Shown: one piece after another, positions 39,805 through 49,481 of the stretch
Numbering within the stretch: position 1 is the stretch's first letter
Layout: each line of letters opens with the position of its first letter
Assembly (NCBI GenBank): GCA_005772855.1
Contig: SXIK01000196.1
Location: 2,100 to 66,099 of the forward strand
Origin: Planctomycetia bacterium
GTDB taxonomy: Bacteria > Planctomycetota > UBA8108 > SXIK01
DNA: 64,000 nucleotides
Direction of reading: 5' to 3'
Made by a program: the position numbers and the translations under genes
The notes under the pieces: generated by a model
Told to the model about the DNA's origin: nothing
Seen by the model: the letters and a program-made list of their open reading frames with translations, nothing else
Database searches by the model: none

Positions 39805-41292
39805 TCAGAGGAGCGGAGTTAGCAGGCGCGCCGTGCCTTCAAGCAGAGTTGGCCAGAAGGGGCCGCTCTTCTCCAGGAGTTGCACGCTGCGGCTGTTTTG
39901 GACGTCGCACCAGAAGTCCTTCCTCAGCTTGCGCGACAGGTTTTCGTCAAGGATCAACGCTGTCACCTCGAAATTGAGCAAGAAGCTTCGCACATCCATG
40001 TTTGCGGATCCGACGAGTGTCCAGGTGTCGTCGATGCTCACCACCTTCGAGTGGAGCATGCCGTGGCGGAACTCGTGGATTCTGACTCCGGCGCGGACGA
40101 GGTCCTGGTAATAGCTGCGGCCAGCCCAGAGGACCAGGCGGCTATCGGTCTTTGCAGGGATCAGGATGTCGACCTGGATTCCACGGTAGGCCGCGTGCTG
40201 AAGTGCGAGGATGAGGCCCGGGTCGGGAACGAAGTACGGCGTGCTGATCCGAATGCTCCTTCTTGCCAGCGCGAGAGCTGCGAAGAAGATGTGGCTGAGG
40301 ATCGGAGGCTCCTGATCCGGGCCGGTGGGTACGATCTGCACGAGCGAGTCGCCTCTGGCGGGCTGCCTCTTCATGTATCGATCGCCGGTCAGGTTTTCCT
40401 TTGCGGCGAAGTACCAGTCTTCGACGAACACCTCCTGCAGCTCACGCACCGCCGGGCCCTCGAGTCGGAGATGAGTGTCCTTCCAGGGTCCTGACCGGCG
40501 CAAGAGGCCCCGGTACTCGTCGCCGATGTTCTGGCTGCCTGCAAAGGCCACTTCGGCATCCACTACCACAATCTTTCGGTGGTTCCTGCAGTTGATATGC
40601 CACGTGCGTCGCCAGGGGATCGCCGGCAGGAAAAACGCCACATGGCCGCCCGCCTCGAGGAGAGGGCGGAAGAATCTTCGGGATGTGCGCCACGAACCGA
40701 TGGCGTCGATGAGTACGCGCACCTCAACGCCCTGACGCGCCTTTTCGGTGAGGCGATCCAGGAACATCTTTCCCGTGGCGTCGGGCCGGTAGATGTAGTA
40801 CTCGAGGTGAACGTGATTCCTCGCTCCGTTGATGGCTTGCAAGATGCTCTCGTAGGTCTCCTGCGCGGTCAGCGATGCCTCGACCAAGTTGCCGGCCGTG
40901 GGCGGAACAGTACCCAGCTTGCTGGAAAGCTCGGCGAGCTGGCGCAGGCTTTCGTCAAGGCCGGGGTTGGCCTGCAGCTGCCTGAGTGCGGCTGCTGTGG
41001 CTTCTTCGCGGTCCGCGCTGCTCGCCAGTGCCTCGATGATGGGCGCCATGCGCTTGCGAATCTTTCGCGTCCGCCGGCGAACCCGACGCTCACCAATCAT
41101 GTAATAAAACACAGCCCCCACGATCGGCATGAGAAGAATGCCGAAGATCCAGGCCAGCATGGTCATCGGCTCCTTCCGCTGGCGAAGGACATGGGTAATC
41201 GCCCAGACGGTCAAGCCCTGCGTGACGAGGAATATGGCCCACCAGCTCAACCTGGGGAGGAGCGAGGCGAAGTCTGTGAAGGTTTCTCCCAA
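39805..41292 (-). CDS. cls: Cardiolipin synthase
   Basis: Two N-terminal TM helices; HKD motifs NHRKIVVVD and LHSKVVSID; TPYFVP; GSANMD.RS. Confidence 0.92.
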   Translation of the reverse strand: MGETFTDFASLLPRLSWWAIFLVTQGLTVWAITHVLRQRKEPMTMLAWIFGILLMPIVGAVFYYMIGERRVRRRTRKIRKRMAPIIEALASSADREEATAAALRQLQANPGLDESLRQLAELSSKLGTVPPTAGNLVEASLTAQETYESILQAINGARNHVHLEYYIYRPDATGKMFLDRLTEKARQGVEVRVLIDAIGSWRTSRRFFRPLLEAGGHVAFFLPAIPWRRTWHINCRNHRKIVVVDAEVAFAGSQNIGDEYRGLLRRSGPWKDTHLRLEGPAVRELQEVFVEDWYFAAKENLTGDRYMKRQPARGDSLVQIVPTGPDQEPPILSHIFFAALALARRSIRISTPYFVPDPGLILALQHAAYRGIQVDILIPAKTDSRLVLWAGRSYYQDLVRAGVRIHEFRHGMLHSKVVSIDDTWTLVGSANMDVRSFLLNFEVTALILDENLSRKLRKDFWCDVQNSRSVQLLEKSGPFWPTLLEGTARLLTPLL

Positions 41293-41321
41293 CGCGTTTT
41301 CCGAGCTGATTTATCGACGCC

Positions 41322-42341
41322 TCAGTTCCCGCCCGAGACTTTCGCGGTGACCTTGTAGTTGCCGTTGGCCCGTCCGGTATTTTGAGGTACCGGGCATACT
41401 GCCATGTAGAGGCGCCCCGTCGTCTTTGCTTTGCCGTTGAAGGTGCTCCCGATCAGGAAGGGGGGGCCCCTTTTCCCAATCTTGCCTATGAGCGAAAGCA
41501 TGGGGAAATTCTGAAACGTCGTTCCACCCCAGTCGCGATTTCCATCGGGGCCCGAGGAGATCCCGTAGTTCCGCACGCCGATGGCGCCCGAGGCCTCGAT
41601 CCTGAGCTTCTGGCCCCTTTCGACGTCGAATTTCGTATCGAGCCAGCTGCCTGGCGGCTGATAGGTGGGAGCGATTTCGATCTTGAGGTTTTCAGGGCCA
41701 CTGACGCGAAATACGACCGCACTCAGGTCGGCGATCAAGACCTTCAGCTCTCCGTACCTACTCTCGATCAGCAGGTCCTCGATCGGGATCACCCCCTTCA
41801 CGGTCATTCGGGTAGTCAGGATCTCGTCGTCGGTGCCCGAGAGGCTCGGGACGAGATCCTCGCTTGTGGCGCCCTCTGCCGGAAACTTCCTGGCAAGCTC
41901 CTCGATCAGGCCTGTCGCACGATTCTTGACTTCCTCGTTGGTCGACTTGGCCGCCGCTCGCAGCGCCTCGAGCGCCGGCAAGGCGATATCACTGAGGCCC
42001 TTTGTCGCCTCCTCGCGCCTGTCGAAGTCCTCATTCCCCAGATCGGCGATGAGGCCGTCGATCCGGTTCTTCAACTCGGGTGCGATTCGCCTCGCGAAGC
42101 GAATCTTCAGGATCTGATCCCGTGGGATGCTCAGGGCCCCGTACAGAGTTCGGATCTCGAGGGTCTCGAACTTCGGAGCGCCTGTGATCTTGCTCCTGTC
42201 CCGGAGGTAGAACGTGGGCAGCATTGAGGGTTTGTCACTTGCGTCCCTGGCCTTGGGGCCGTCATGAGCTGCAGGGAGCGACTTCAGCCCGGCGGAGATA
42301 CAGAGGAATAGAAGGAGTGTGTTGCGTAGAATCATGCTCAC
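41322..42341 (-). CDS. Secreted hypothetical protein with a HEAT-like repeat and a C-terminal LecA/PA-IL-like beta domain
   Basis: Signal peptide; LIADLG.EDF..REEA...L; WLDTKFDVERGQKLRIEASG...SLIGKIG..G.PF.IG. Confidence 0.6.
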   Translation of the reverse strand: MSMILRNTLLLFLCISAGLKSLPAAHDGPKARDASDKPSMLPTFYLRDRSKITGAPKFETLEIRTLYGALSIPRDQILKIRFARRIAPELKNRIDGLIADLGNEDFDRREEATKGLSDIALPALEALRAAAKSTNEEVKNRATGLIEELARKFPAEGATSEDLVPSLSGTDDEILTTRMTVKGVIPIEDLLIESRYGELKVLIADLSAVVFRVSGPENLKIEIAPTYQPPGSWLDTKFDVERGQKLRIEASGAIGVRNYGISSGPDGNRDWGGTTFQNFPMLSLIGKIGKRGPPFLIGSTFNGKAKTTGRLYMAVCPVPQNTGRANGNYKVTAKVSGGN

Positions 42342-42438
42342 GAATCTCCAGAAGATCTCAGCATTGCGTCCTGTCGGCTGATGATAGTTTTCGTGCGTGA
42401 GGAGACATCATGTTTTTTTTGCCTTTCGAGGGGGCTGA

Positions 42439-43608
42439 GTGATGCAGCCGGCGTCCAGGGAGTTCGTGGTCCTGGGGGGAGGCGTGATGGGCTTGAGCGT
42501 GGCGAGGGAGTTGGCTCAGCGCGGAGTGAAGGTGACCCTGATCGAGAAGGGCTCGATCTCCGCCGACACGCAGGGCGCCGCCACCTGGGCTTCGCTCGGA
42601 GTCCTGGGCGCTTCGACGGGTGGACGTTCGCCCTGGAAGAGGCTGCAATCCTACGGGTATCGGACGTATCCGGCGCTCGCCGTCGGCCTTCTCGCCGAGA
42701 CCGGCATGGATATCGGCTACAGCGTTCGAGGCTCGTTGCATCTCAAGTCGGAGCTGCCGAGGCTTGGGACCCAAGTCAGGGCTGAACGGCTCTACCGCGA
42801 GGCGGGACTCGAGGCCAAGTGGCTCGCGAGCAAGGAGCTCTCGGAGCTGGTGCCAGGGCTTTTCGACCGAGAGGACTCGAGCTTTCGGGCTGCGTTTTAC
42901 ATTGCAAGCGAAGCCATCGTGCATCCGCCAAGTCTCGCACGGGCTCTGAAGGCCTCGTGCGAGAGGCGAGGAGTCCGTCTGCGCGAGCGCTCGGGTGAGG
43001 CTCGGCTGGCGGGGACCGATGAGGCCTTCGTCGAGGTGGCAGGGGAACGGATCGGGGGCGTCGGCGTTGTCCTCTGCGCGGGCTGCTGGTCGGGGCTCGC
43101 CTCGAACTCGATGGGGTACTTGGGTGTCCCCATCCGGGCGGTGCGCGGCCAGGCGATCGAGGTTCCCATGGACCGACCGTCATGCCCCAACCTGCGATTT
43201 GAGTCGCCATCCCTGCGCAGGGAGTACCAGATCGTCTCGAAGGGGAACGGCCTTGCATGGGTCGGTAGCACCGTCGAAGACGCTGGGTTCGATCCTTGCG
43301 TCACTTCCGCCGGGCTCCGGGAGCTCATCGAGGCTGCTCGGCGTGTGCTGCCGGACCTCCGCGAGAAGGACATAGTGCGCTCCTGGGCAGGCCTCAGGCC
43401 CCAGGCGCTTCGGCCTGGCGGTCCGTTTCTTGGCCGAGTTCCCGGCTGGAAGAACGTGTGGGTCGCTTCCGGGCATTACCGCAGTGGCATCCTCACCGGG
43501 CCAGCCTCGGCCAGGCTTCTCGTGCAGGACATCCTCGGAGAAGAGATCCTCGAGGAGGAAACAGGCTTCGACCGAGAAGCCCTTGCGGCGTTTCGCGTGG
43601 AGCGGTAA
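42439..43608 (+). CDS. FAD-dependent oxidoreductase, glycine oxidase/DAO family (ThiO-like)
   Basis: GGGVMG, RAVRGQ, VGSTVE..GFD, WAGLRP and GHYRSGIL motifs. Confidence 0.85.
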   Translation: MMQPASREFVVLGGGVMGLSVARELAQRGVKVTLIEKGSISADTQGAATWASLGVLGASTGGRSPWKRLQSYGYRTYPALAVGLLAETGMDIGYSVRGSLHLKSELPRLGTQVRAERLYREAGLEAKWLASKELSELVPGLFDREDSSFRAAFYIASEAIVHPPSLARALKASCERRGVRLRERSGEARLAGTDEAFVEVAGERIGGVGVVLCAGCWSGLASNSMGYLGVPIRAVRGQAIEVPMDRPSCPNLRFESPSLRREYQIVSKGNGLAWVGSTVEDAGFDPCVTSAGLRELIEAARRVLPDLREKDIVRSWAGLRPQALRPGGPFLGRVPGWKNVWVASGHYRSGILTGPASARLLVQDILGEEILEEETGFDREALAAFRVER

Positions 43609-43610
43609 GG

Positions 43611-44441
43611 CTACTTGTCGAGCTCCGCCATCGTTTTTTGAAACTCGATCTGATACTGCTCCTCCGCGAGGGCGCCATCCTTGCGCAGGCGGTTCAAACT
43701 GTCGAGGCGGTCTCGGACGCGCTGATAGCGAGCCTCTTTCTCCGGATCCTTCGCGGCGTTGGGTGGCGCGGTGGCCGGCGCTGGCTGCGCTGCGACCTTG
43801 CTCTTCACCGTCGGAGTGATTTCTGCGAGCCGAGCCTTGAGCCACCGGGGATGGAGCGTACCCGATACTGTATGGAGTTCTGTGCCCGTGGGGGGGTAGA
43901 GTGGCGAAGCGTCCACGAGCGCGGTTGGGTCGTCCGGGAATGCAATGCGCATGGGCTCGTTGCTCTCCGGAAGGTGGATGCCCTCGTCAATCTTGTCGAG
44001 GGCGATGTCGAGTACGCCGTCCTCGGTCGAGAACATGACCCCCGTGGTGCCGCTTGGCCCGAAGAGGACATCTGACCACGACGAGCGTACGATCAGGAAT
44101 CGGAGCCGCTCGTCCGGCTGAATCTCTTCCAGGGCCAGCGCGATGGGCTCGGCGGAGGCATCAATCTCTGCGGGAATGAAGACATTGGCCCTCGTTGATT
44201 TGAGCAAGTGGTCGTGCCTGTAACTGAGCTGGCTCATGAGGGACGCGAGCTTGTCCGCCGAGAGCTTCATGGGATGTTTGTAGCCCAGGGCCACTCGCTG
44301 CCCGTCTTTCTCCAGGTGTTCGCGCAGGAGGACCAGGTTCGCAGTGGCATAAAGAGGCGGCGGCAACCGCTTCCAGGGAGATGATGAGCAGCCAGACGCC
44401 AGAGCGGCGCAAAGGATCGCAGGGGTGAGGCGGACGTTCAT
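43611..44441 (-). CDS. Lipoprotein with a C-terminal SHOCT-like domain
   Basis: LASGC lipobox; RLDSLNRLRKDGAL.EEQY. Confidence 0.7.
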   Translation of the reverse strand: MNVRLTPAILCAALASGCSSSPWKRLPPPLYATANLVLLREHLEKDGQRVALGYKHPMKLSADKLASLMSQLSYRHDHLLKSTRANVFIPAEIDASAEPIALALEEIQPDERLRFLIVRSSWSDVLFGPSGTTGVMFSTEDGVLDIALDKIDEGIHLPESNEPMRIAFPDDPTALVDASPLYPPTGTELHTVSGTLHPRWLKARLAEITPTVKSKVAAQPAPATAPPNAAKDPEKEARYQRVRDRLDSLNRLRKDGALAEEQYQIEFQKTMAELDK

Positions 44442-44558
44442 GGGGGCAACATCATCGACCTCAAGGTATGGAAAAGCAAGATCCCGACGTACAATCTAAA
44501 GAGGTCGATTTTCTGCCATCCAGGACTTTGGTATTTCTGTCAGAGGAGTCTGATACCT

Positions 44559-45749
44559 GTGAAACCTGATCTATCCCGGCGACAGTTTCTCGCTCATTCG
44601 GCAGGAATTGCTGGTGCCTCGCTGGGGATCGGGCTGCCGGCGGTGGGCGCCGCAAGCGTGGCGGGAACTCCTGACGGCGCCGAGATCCGTCTGGGGTGGA
44701 TCGGGCTTGGAGACCGAGGCAAACACCTCCTCGAGGCGTTTCTCTCTCTCCAGCGGTCCCTCGAGGGCGCGAAGGCTCGCGTGACAGCTCTCTGTGACGT
44801 TAACCCGCAGCGGTTGAAGCGAGCGCTTGAGCTTGTCCGCCGACCCGAGCCTTCACTCGACAAGCCGCGAGGTTATTCGAATTATCGCGCGTTGCTAGAT
44901 GACAGAGATGTCGATGCCGTCGTGATCGCCACGCCCGTCCACCTCCACGCTGAAGAGACCATCACGGCGCTCCACGCATCCAAGCACGTTTATTGCGAGA
45001 AGCCGCTGGCGCACACGCTCGAGGCCTGTCTTGAGGTTGCGAAGGCTGCCCGAAATGCGGAGCAAGCGCGGCGGATCCTTCAGGTCGGTCTCCAGCGACG
45101 CTATAGCCCCCGCTACCGCCGGAGCATCGACCTCGTGCGTTCGGGCGATGCAGGTCGCGTCCTCTTTGTGCGTGCCCAGTGGCACGCTGCCGGCAACTCG
45201 CCCAAGGACAAGCCCTGGATCTTCCAGCGCGAGAAGTCGGGTGGCATGGTGCTCGAGCAGGCCTGCCATCAGTTCGACGTCTTCAACTGGCTTCTTGGGT
45301 CGACTCCCCTGAGAGCTTGCGGCTTCGGCGGAACGTCCCGCTTTGTCGACGAGCCGCCCGGTCGCAACACCATGGACCATTATGGCGCGGTGCTCGAGTA
45401 TCCCCTGGGCGCCCGCGTGCAGCTCAGTCACCTCAGCTTCGCGATCCCTGACCGTCGGTTCTCCGGGATCTACGAGCTCGCATTCACTGAGCGCATGGGA
45501 ATTGACCTTCCCAACGCTGTGGCCTGGTCGGAGTCGGGGGCGACACGGCAGCTCTTGCCCGAGGGAGGCGCGGGCTCGCTCAACGACACACAGCTCGCAC
45601 TTCGAGGTTTCCTCGAGTCGATCGCGACCGGCCGTGCTGCCGAGGCGGGGCTCGAGGCTGGCCTTGCCTCCACGAAGACTGCGATCCTCTGCCAGCGGGC
45701 GCTCGAGTTGGGCCGGGTCGTGGAATGGAAGGAGCTCGGGTCCGTTTGA
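44559..45749 (+). CDS. Tat-exported Gfo/Idh/MocA oxidoreductase
   Basis: SRRQFL Tat motif; IGLGDRG; IATP..LH; CEKP; GG...EQ.CH..D. Confidence 0.9.
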   Translation: MKPDLSRRQFLAHSAGIAGASLGIGLPAVGAASVAGTPDGAEIRLGWIGLGDRGKHLLEAFLSLQRSLEGAKARVTALCDVNPQRLKRALELVRRPEPSLDKPRGYSNYRALLDDRDVDAVVIATPVHLHAEETITALHASKHVYCEKPLAHTLEACLEVAKAARNAEQARRILQVGLQRRYSPRYRRSIDLVRSGDAGRVLFVRAQWHAAGNSPKDKPWIFQREKSGGMVLEQACHQFDVFNWLLGSTPLRACGFGGTSRFVDEPPGRNTMDHYGAVLEYPLGARVQLSHLSFAIPDRRFSGIYELAFTERMGIDLPNAVAWSESGATRQLLPEGGAGSLNDTQLALRGFLESIATGRAAEAGLEAGLASTKTAILCQRALELGRVVEWKELGSV

Positions 45750-47194
45750 CGAGGCGAGAGTGGGGGCTTCTTGGGCTTGTCGCAGGCCTCGGCTGGATGA
45801 TTCCAGCGCTCTCCTTCGACCTTCGTCTTCCGGACGAGCCCCGCGTCGCGCACACGAGCTTCGAGATGCTGCGTACCGGTGACTTTGTGGTGCCGACCGT
45901 CAACGGGAGGCCGTTCCTCCAGACGCCTCCGCTCCACTATTGGATCCTCGGCACCTGGATCTGGCTCGCCGATAACGGCAGGGACGGTCTTGCCCGCATC
46001 CCGTCGGTGCTCTTTGGCCTCGGCACGCTCCTCGTGGTCGGGCGCATGGCGAGTCGTCGCTCGTCCGGGCGTGTTGCCTTCCTCTCCGTGGGCACGCTCG
46101 CGAGCACGATGGGCTTCTGGGACGGTGGCCAGCGCGTCGTGGTCGATGTTTCCATGACTTTTTTCATCACGCTGGCGCTCTGGCAGGTCAGCGAGGCCCT
46201 CGCCGACGGAGATTTCACCGTGCGCTCGGGTCTCCTGGCCGGCCTGGCGACGGGCTGTGCCTTCCTGTCGAAGGGTTTTTCCGGTCCAGTGATCGTCGCC
46301 AGCGCAGCGGCGATTCCCCTCTGCCTCGTTCGAGAAATTCCAAGGCGTGCGCTTCTCAACTGGTGTTCGGGCCTGGTTCTTGGGTGCTGCCTGGTGGCGT
46401 TGCCCTGGACGGTGCTCCTGTGGCTCAGGGACCCTGCTTACGCAAGCGAGCTTCTCTTCTCCCACGTATCGGCCCGCTTCCTCCACGGCACGCACAAGGA
46501 TGCTTCCAACTTCGCGTTTGTTCACCGATCGATCCTGAAGCTTCTCCCCTGGGGCCTCGCACTCCCGCTTGCGATCGCTTGCGCCGTGCGAGCCGTGCGT
46601 GGAAATCGAGAGGTGCGGGAAGGCGATCGCAAGTGGCAGGCGATGCTGCTCTCGTGGTTCTTCCTGCCCCTGGTCCTTCTCCTTATTTCGCGGAGCAAGC
46701 GGAATATCTACCTTCTGCCTGTTTTCCCTGCCTTCGCGATGCTTCTTGGGCTCTGGCTCGAGAGGTTGATCCTTCGTGGGCACCGCGAGCGTCATGTCCT
46801 GGCGCTTCTCTGGGCAGGTGCCGTGTTGCTGCCGATCGGGGGCTTCGCCTATCAGCGCTGGAACACGGCGGAGTCGACTCTGGAGCCCCTGGGCCGTCAC
46901 GTTGCAGGGCTCGATCGAACCGGAGCGGTCGTCGTCGGCTATCGGCTCGTGGAGCGGGAGGAGGGCGCGCTCGGATGGTACCTCCGCCATTCCTTCGAGA
47001 ACGTTGAAGATGAAGTTGCCTTGCTCGCGGTCCTGCGCTGTGCTGGTTCCAGCGCCGTGGCGGTGGGAGAAGAGCGTGAGCTTGCGGAGGCGCTTGAGAA
47101 GATTGGAGTTGCCAACCCCGAGACGAAGGTAAAGTTCCGGCAGCGGCTGCGCGGCAGGATTCTCGAGGCCTGCCAGGTGATGTTACCCGACTGA
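45725..47194 (+). CDS. ArnT/GT39(PMT)-like membrane glycosyltransferase
   Basis: DEPR.A....EM..TGD..VP..NG.PF...PPL.YW; SKG; LLPW; SKR..YLLP..P; likely TTG start at 45746. Confidence 0.85.
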   Translation: MEGARVRLTRREWGLLGLVAGLGWMIPALSFDLRLPDEPRVAHTSFEMLRTGDFVVPTVNGRPFLQTPPLHYWILGTWIWLADNGRDGLARIPSVLFGLGTLLVVGRMASRRSSGRVAFLSVGTLASTMGFWDGGQRVVVDVSMTFFITLALWQVSEALADGDFTVRSGLLAGLATGCAFLSKGFSGPVIVASAAAIPLCLVREIPRRALLNWCSGLVLGCCLVALPWTVLLWLRDPAYASELLFSHVSARFLHGTHKDASNFAFVHRSILKLLPWGLALPLAIACAVRAVRGNREVREGDRKWQAMLLSWFFLPLVLLLISRSKRNIYLLPVFPAFAMLLGLWLERLILRGHRERHVLALLWAGAVLLPIGGFAYQRWNTAESTLEPLGRHVAGLDRTGAVVVGYRLVEREEGALGWYLRHSFENVEDEVALLAVLRCAGSSAVAVGEERELAEALEKIGVANPETKVKFRQRLRGRILEACQVMLPD

Positions 47195-47229
47195 GTCGTT
47201 TGAGATGCTGATAACGAGAGGATCCACGA

Positions 47230-47790
47230 ATGCGAATCACGAAGGTTTACACACGAGTGGGCGATGGTGGCGACACCTATCTTGGCGGTGGGCAGAAGGT
47301 GCCGAAGGAGAGTCTGCGCGTTGATGCCTACGGCACCGTGGACGAGCTCAACAGCTCGCTCGGTGTCGCGCTGGCCCAGGGGTTGGACTTCGAGCTCGTG
47401 CGCGTTCTCTCCCGGGCGCAGAACGATCTCTTCCACCTGGGTTCGGATCTCTGCGTGCTCGAAGAGGACAAGAAGAAATTCAAGATTCCGCAGGTGGAGA
47501 AAAGGCACGTGGACGCGCTCGAGCAAGAGATCGACAAGCTTCAGGAGCATCTGAAGCCCCTCGAGGAATTCATATTGCCGGGCGGCACGCCGGGGGCCGC
47601 GCAACTCCACGTGGCTCGCACGATCTGTCGGCGCGCCGAGCGTCTTGTGGTGGCTCTCGGCCGCAAGGAGGCGATTGGCGCATTCGCTGTCATGTACTTG
47701 AACCGCTTCTCGGACTACCTCTTTGTCGCGGCCCGGCACGAGAACCGTGTCAAGGGCCGAGCCGACGTGGAGTGGCAGAAGAGCCTGTAG
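47230..47790 (+). CDS. PduO-type ATP:cob(I)alamin adenosyltransferase
   Basis: KVYTRVGDGGDT, YGTVDELNS, FILPGG, ARTICRRAER and YLNR.SDYLF motifs. Confidence 0.93.
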   Translation: MRITKVYTRVGDGGDTYLGGGQKVPKESLRVDAYGTVDELNSSLGVALAQGLDFELVRVLSRAQNDLFHLGSDLCVLEEDKKKFKIPQVEKRHVDALEQEIDKLQEHLKPLEEFILPGGTPGAAQLHVARTICRRAERLVVALGRKEAIGAFAVMYLNRFSDYLFVAARHENRVKGRADVEWQKSL

Positions 47791-47905
47791 GAGCGTCTCC
47801 GCCGGACGAATTGCCAAGAGTCTGGACGCCGCCAGCCTGGGGCTGGCCCTGTCAGCACGGCTCAAACTCTGCCCTGGAGCGCGCGTTTGAGGGGCCGCGC
47901 CGGTT

Positions 47906-47920
47906 CGGTACGCTCCTTGC
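47906..47920 (+). promoter_or_regulatory. Putative sigma-54 (-24/-12) promoter
   Basis: cGGTACGctccTTGC has GG-N10-GC spacing and resembles tGGCACG-N4-TTGC; about 40 bp before the ATG at 47962. Confidence 0.5.
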
Positions 47921-47961
47921 GGGCTCTCTGGATGGAGTTTGCTGAGTCGAGAGAGTCCACC

Positions 47962-48144
47962 ATGAGAGAAGAATCAATCCAGCCTGAAAATTCTGCCCCG
48001 TTGCGGCCGCCCGTGCCGCCTTCAGTCGAGACCCAGGATGGACCCGAGCGCCTGGTTTTCGTCTTGCGATATGACGAGGAGCTCACCTACCTCGTGAACG
48101 AGGGCCTCGTGCGGCCCGGGACACAGCCGAGCGGGCTCAAGTGA
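47962..48144 (+). CDS. Small hypothetical protein (60 aa)
   Basis: ATG after GAGAG; stop overlaps the next GTG start (GTGA); core RLVFVLRYDEELTYLVNEGLV. Confidence 0.5.
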   Translation: MREESIQPENSAPLRPPVPPSVETQDGPERLVFVLRYDEELTYLVNEGLVRPGTQPSGLK

Positions 48145-49247
48145 CCGGGAAGGATCCTGGAGCGAGAAACGAAATGTTGGACGCCGAGGAAGACAACAGT
48201 TGCGAAATGGCGCCGGACCCAGAGACGAGGAGAATGGGCCTCGATCTCGGTGCCTACGAGACGAGGTTCGTCTTGCCTGCAGAGGATGGGGAGTCGCAGC
48301 CGAGGACGATCACGGTACCCACTCTCCTGTGCTATTCCCGCCAGGAGGCAGAGCCGATGCGATTCTCGTGTATCGGAGAAAAGGCGCTGGCGCGTCGGGA
48401 CCACATGAGGCTTGTTCAGCCTTTTCGCGCCGGGGTGGAAGGCCGTGGGCTCATCCTCCGCGACTTCGCGCAGCACCTCCGCGACCTCACGCAGAGGCGC
48501 GGTGAGCCGTCCCCCTGGGCGGTGGTCAACTGCTCTGTGGGGGCTTCCGAGGAGGAGAAGGCGATGAAGCGCACGATCGCCAACGAGCTCTTTGATCGCG
48601 TGCTCTTCGTGGACGACAGTTTTCTCCTCGCGGTGGGTCTCGCCTCCCAGGAGGTGTGCCAGCACAGCATTCTCATCGACGTCGGCGCGACGGCCATCCG
48701 CGGCGCGCTCATGCACGGCGAAACGCCGTCGCCGGAAGAGCATGTGGAGGGCCCTTCGGGTGGATTTCGTGTCGACGACGCACTCAGGAGGAGCTTCTCC
48801 CTCCGCTATCCGGAGCTGATCCTCACTGGCTGGACCCTCTCCCGGCTGAAGGAGGCGCTCGCGTTTGTGGCCCCGGCTCGTCGGCGCTGCGAGCTCCAGC
48901 TTCAGTACCGAAACAAGCAGAAGCTTGTCGACGTGACCGAGGTAATTCAAGAGGCCTGTTCGACCATCGTGCGTCCGCTACTGCGCGTCGCGAGGGAGCT
49001 GCTTGCGCTTTGCCCGTCGGACGAGGTCGAGGCCTTTCAGCGAAACATTGTCCTGGCGGGTGGATGCGCGGAGATGCCCGGCCTCGTCGCGCGTGTCGAG
49101 GAGGAGCTCCGGGCCGACGGATTCGAGCTGGCTCGAGTCCGCAAGGCCGCCGACTCGAAGATGCTTGTCGCGAAGGGCGCCCATCGCTGGGCCCAGCTTC
49201 TGCGCGAGGACCAGTGGAGCATCCCGCTGTTCAGCTTTGCCAGGTGA
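48141..49247 (+). CDS. MamK-like/MreB-family actin homolog with degenerate ATPase motifs
   Basis: GLDLG; GE.AL.....L..P...G; IDVGA...HG..P..E; RYPEL; DVTE....AC; QRNIVLAGG; GA..WA..L...QW; collinear with MamK as I recall it. Confidence 0.75.
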   Translation: MTGKDPGARNEMLDAEEDNSCEMAPDPETRRMGLDLGAYETRFVLPAEDGESQPRTITVPTLLCYSRQEAEPMRFSCIGEKALARRDHMRLVQPFRAGVEGRGLILRDFAQHLRDLTQRRGEPSPWAVVNCSVGASEEEKAMKRTIANELFDRVLFVDDSFLLAVGLASQEVCQHSILIDVGATAIRGALMHGETPSPEEHVEGPSGGFRVDDALRRSFSLRYPELILTGWTLSRLKEALAFVAPARRRCELQLQYRNKQKLVDVTEVIQEACSTIVRPLLRVARELLALCPSDEVEAFQRNIVLAGGCAEMPGLVARVEEELRADGFELARVRKAADSKMLVAKGAHRWAQLLREDQWSIPLFSFAR

Positions 49248-49336
49248 ACCACGCTCGCAACGCCGCCGCGTGGGACCCTCCGGGGTGGGCTGCCGAGAGC
49301 GTGGCGGAGGCCCGCGGAGCGTGAGGCGATACGTGG

Positions 49337-49439
49337 GACTCCTCGAGGGGAAGGGAGACCTCCCCCGCACCGGGCGCCTCCGGCGCCGATATATCGGTGA
49401 GCGTTGGTCAGGATCCCCCAATCATGGCCGCGGGGAGTA
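49337..49439 (+). mobile_element. MITE-like repeat, 103-bp short form (copy 4)
   Basis: GACTCCTCG...CCGCGGGGAGTA; same length as and closely similar to 8680-8782. Confidence 0.75.
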
Positions 49440-49481
49440 TATCCACTGGCGGCTCTTGCCTCGCCTGCATAAGATCTTCGT

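Noticed and set aside
48141-49247. Magnetosome island
   Set aside because: No other mam/mms/feo genes in the window
8680-49439. CRISPR interpretation of the repeats
   Set aside because: Copies are dispersed, over 100 bp and divergent; no spacers or cas genes
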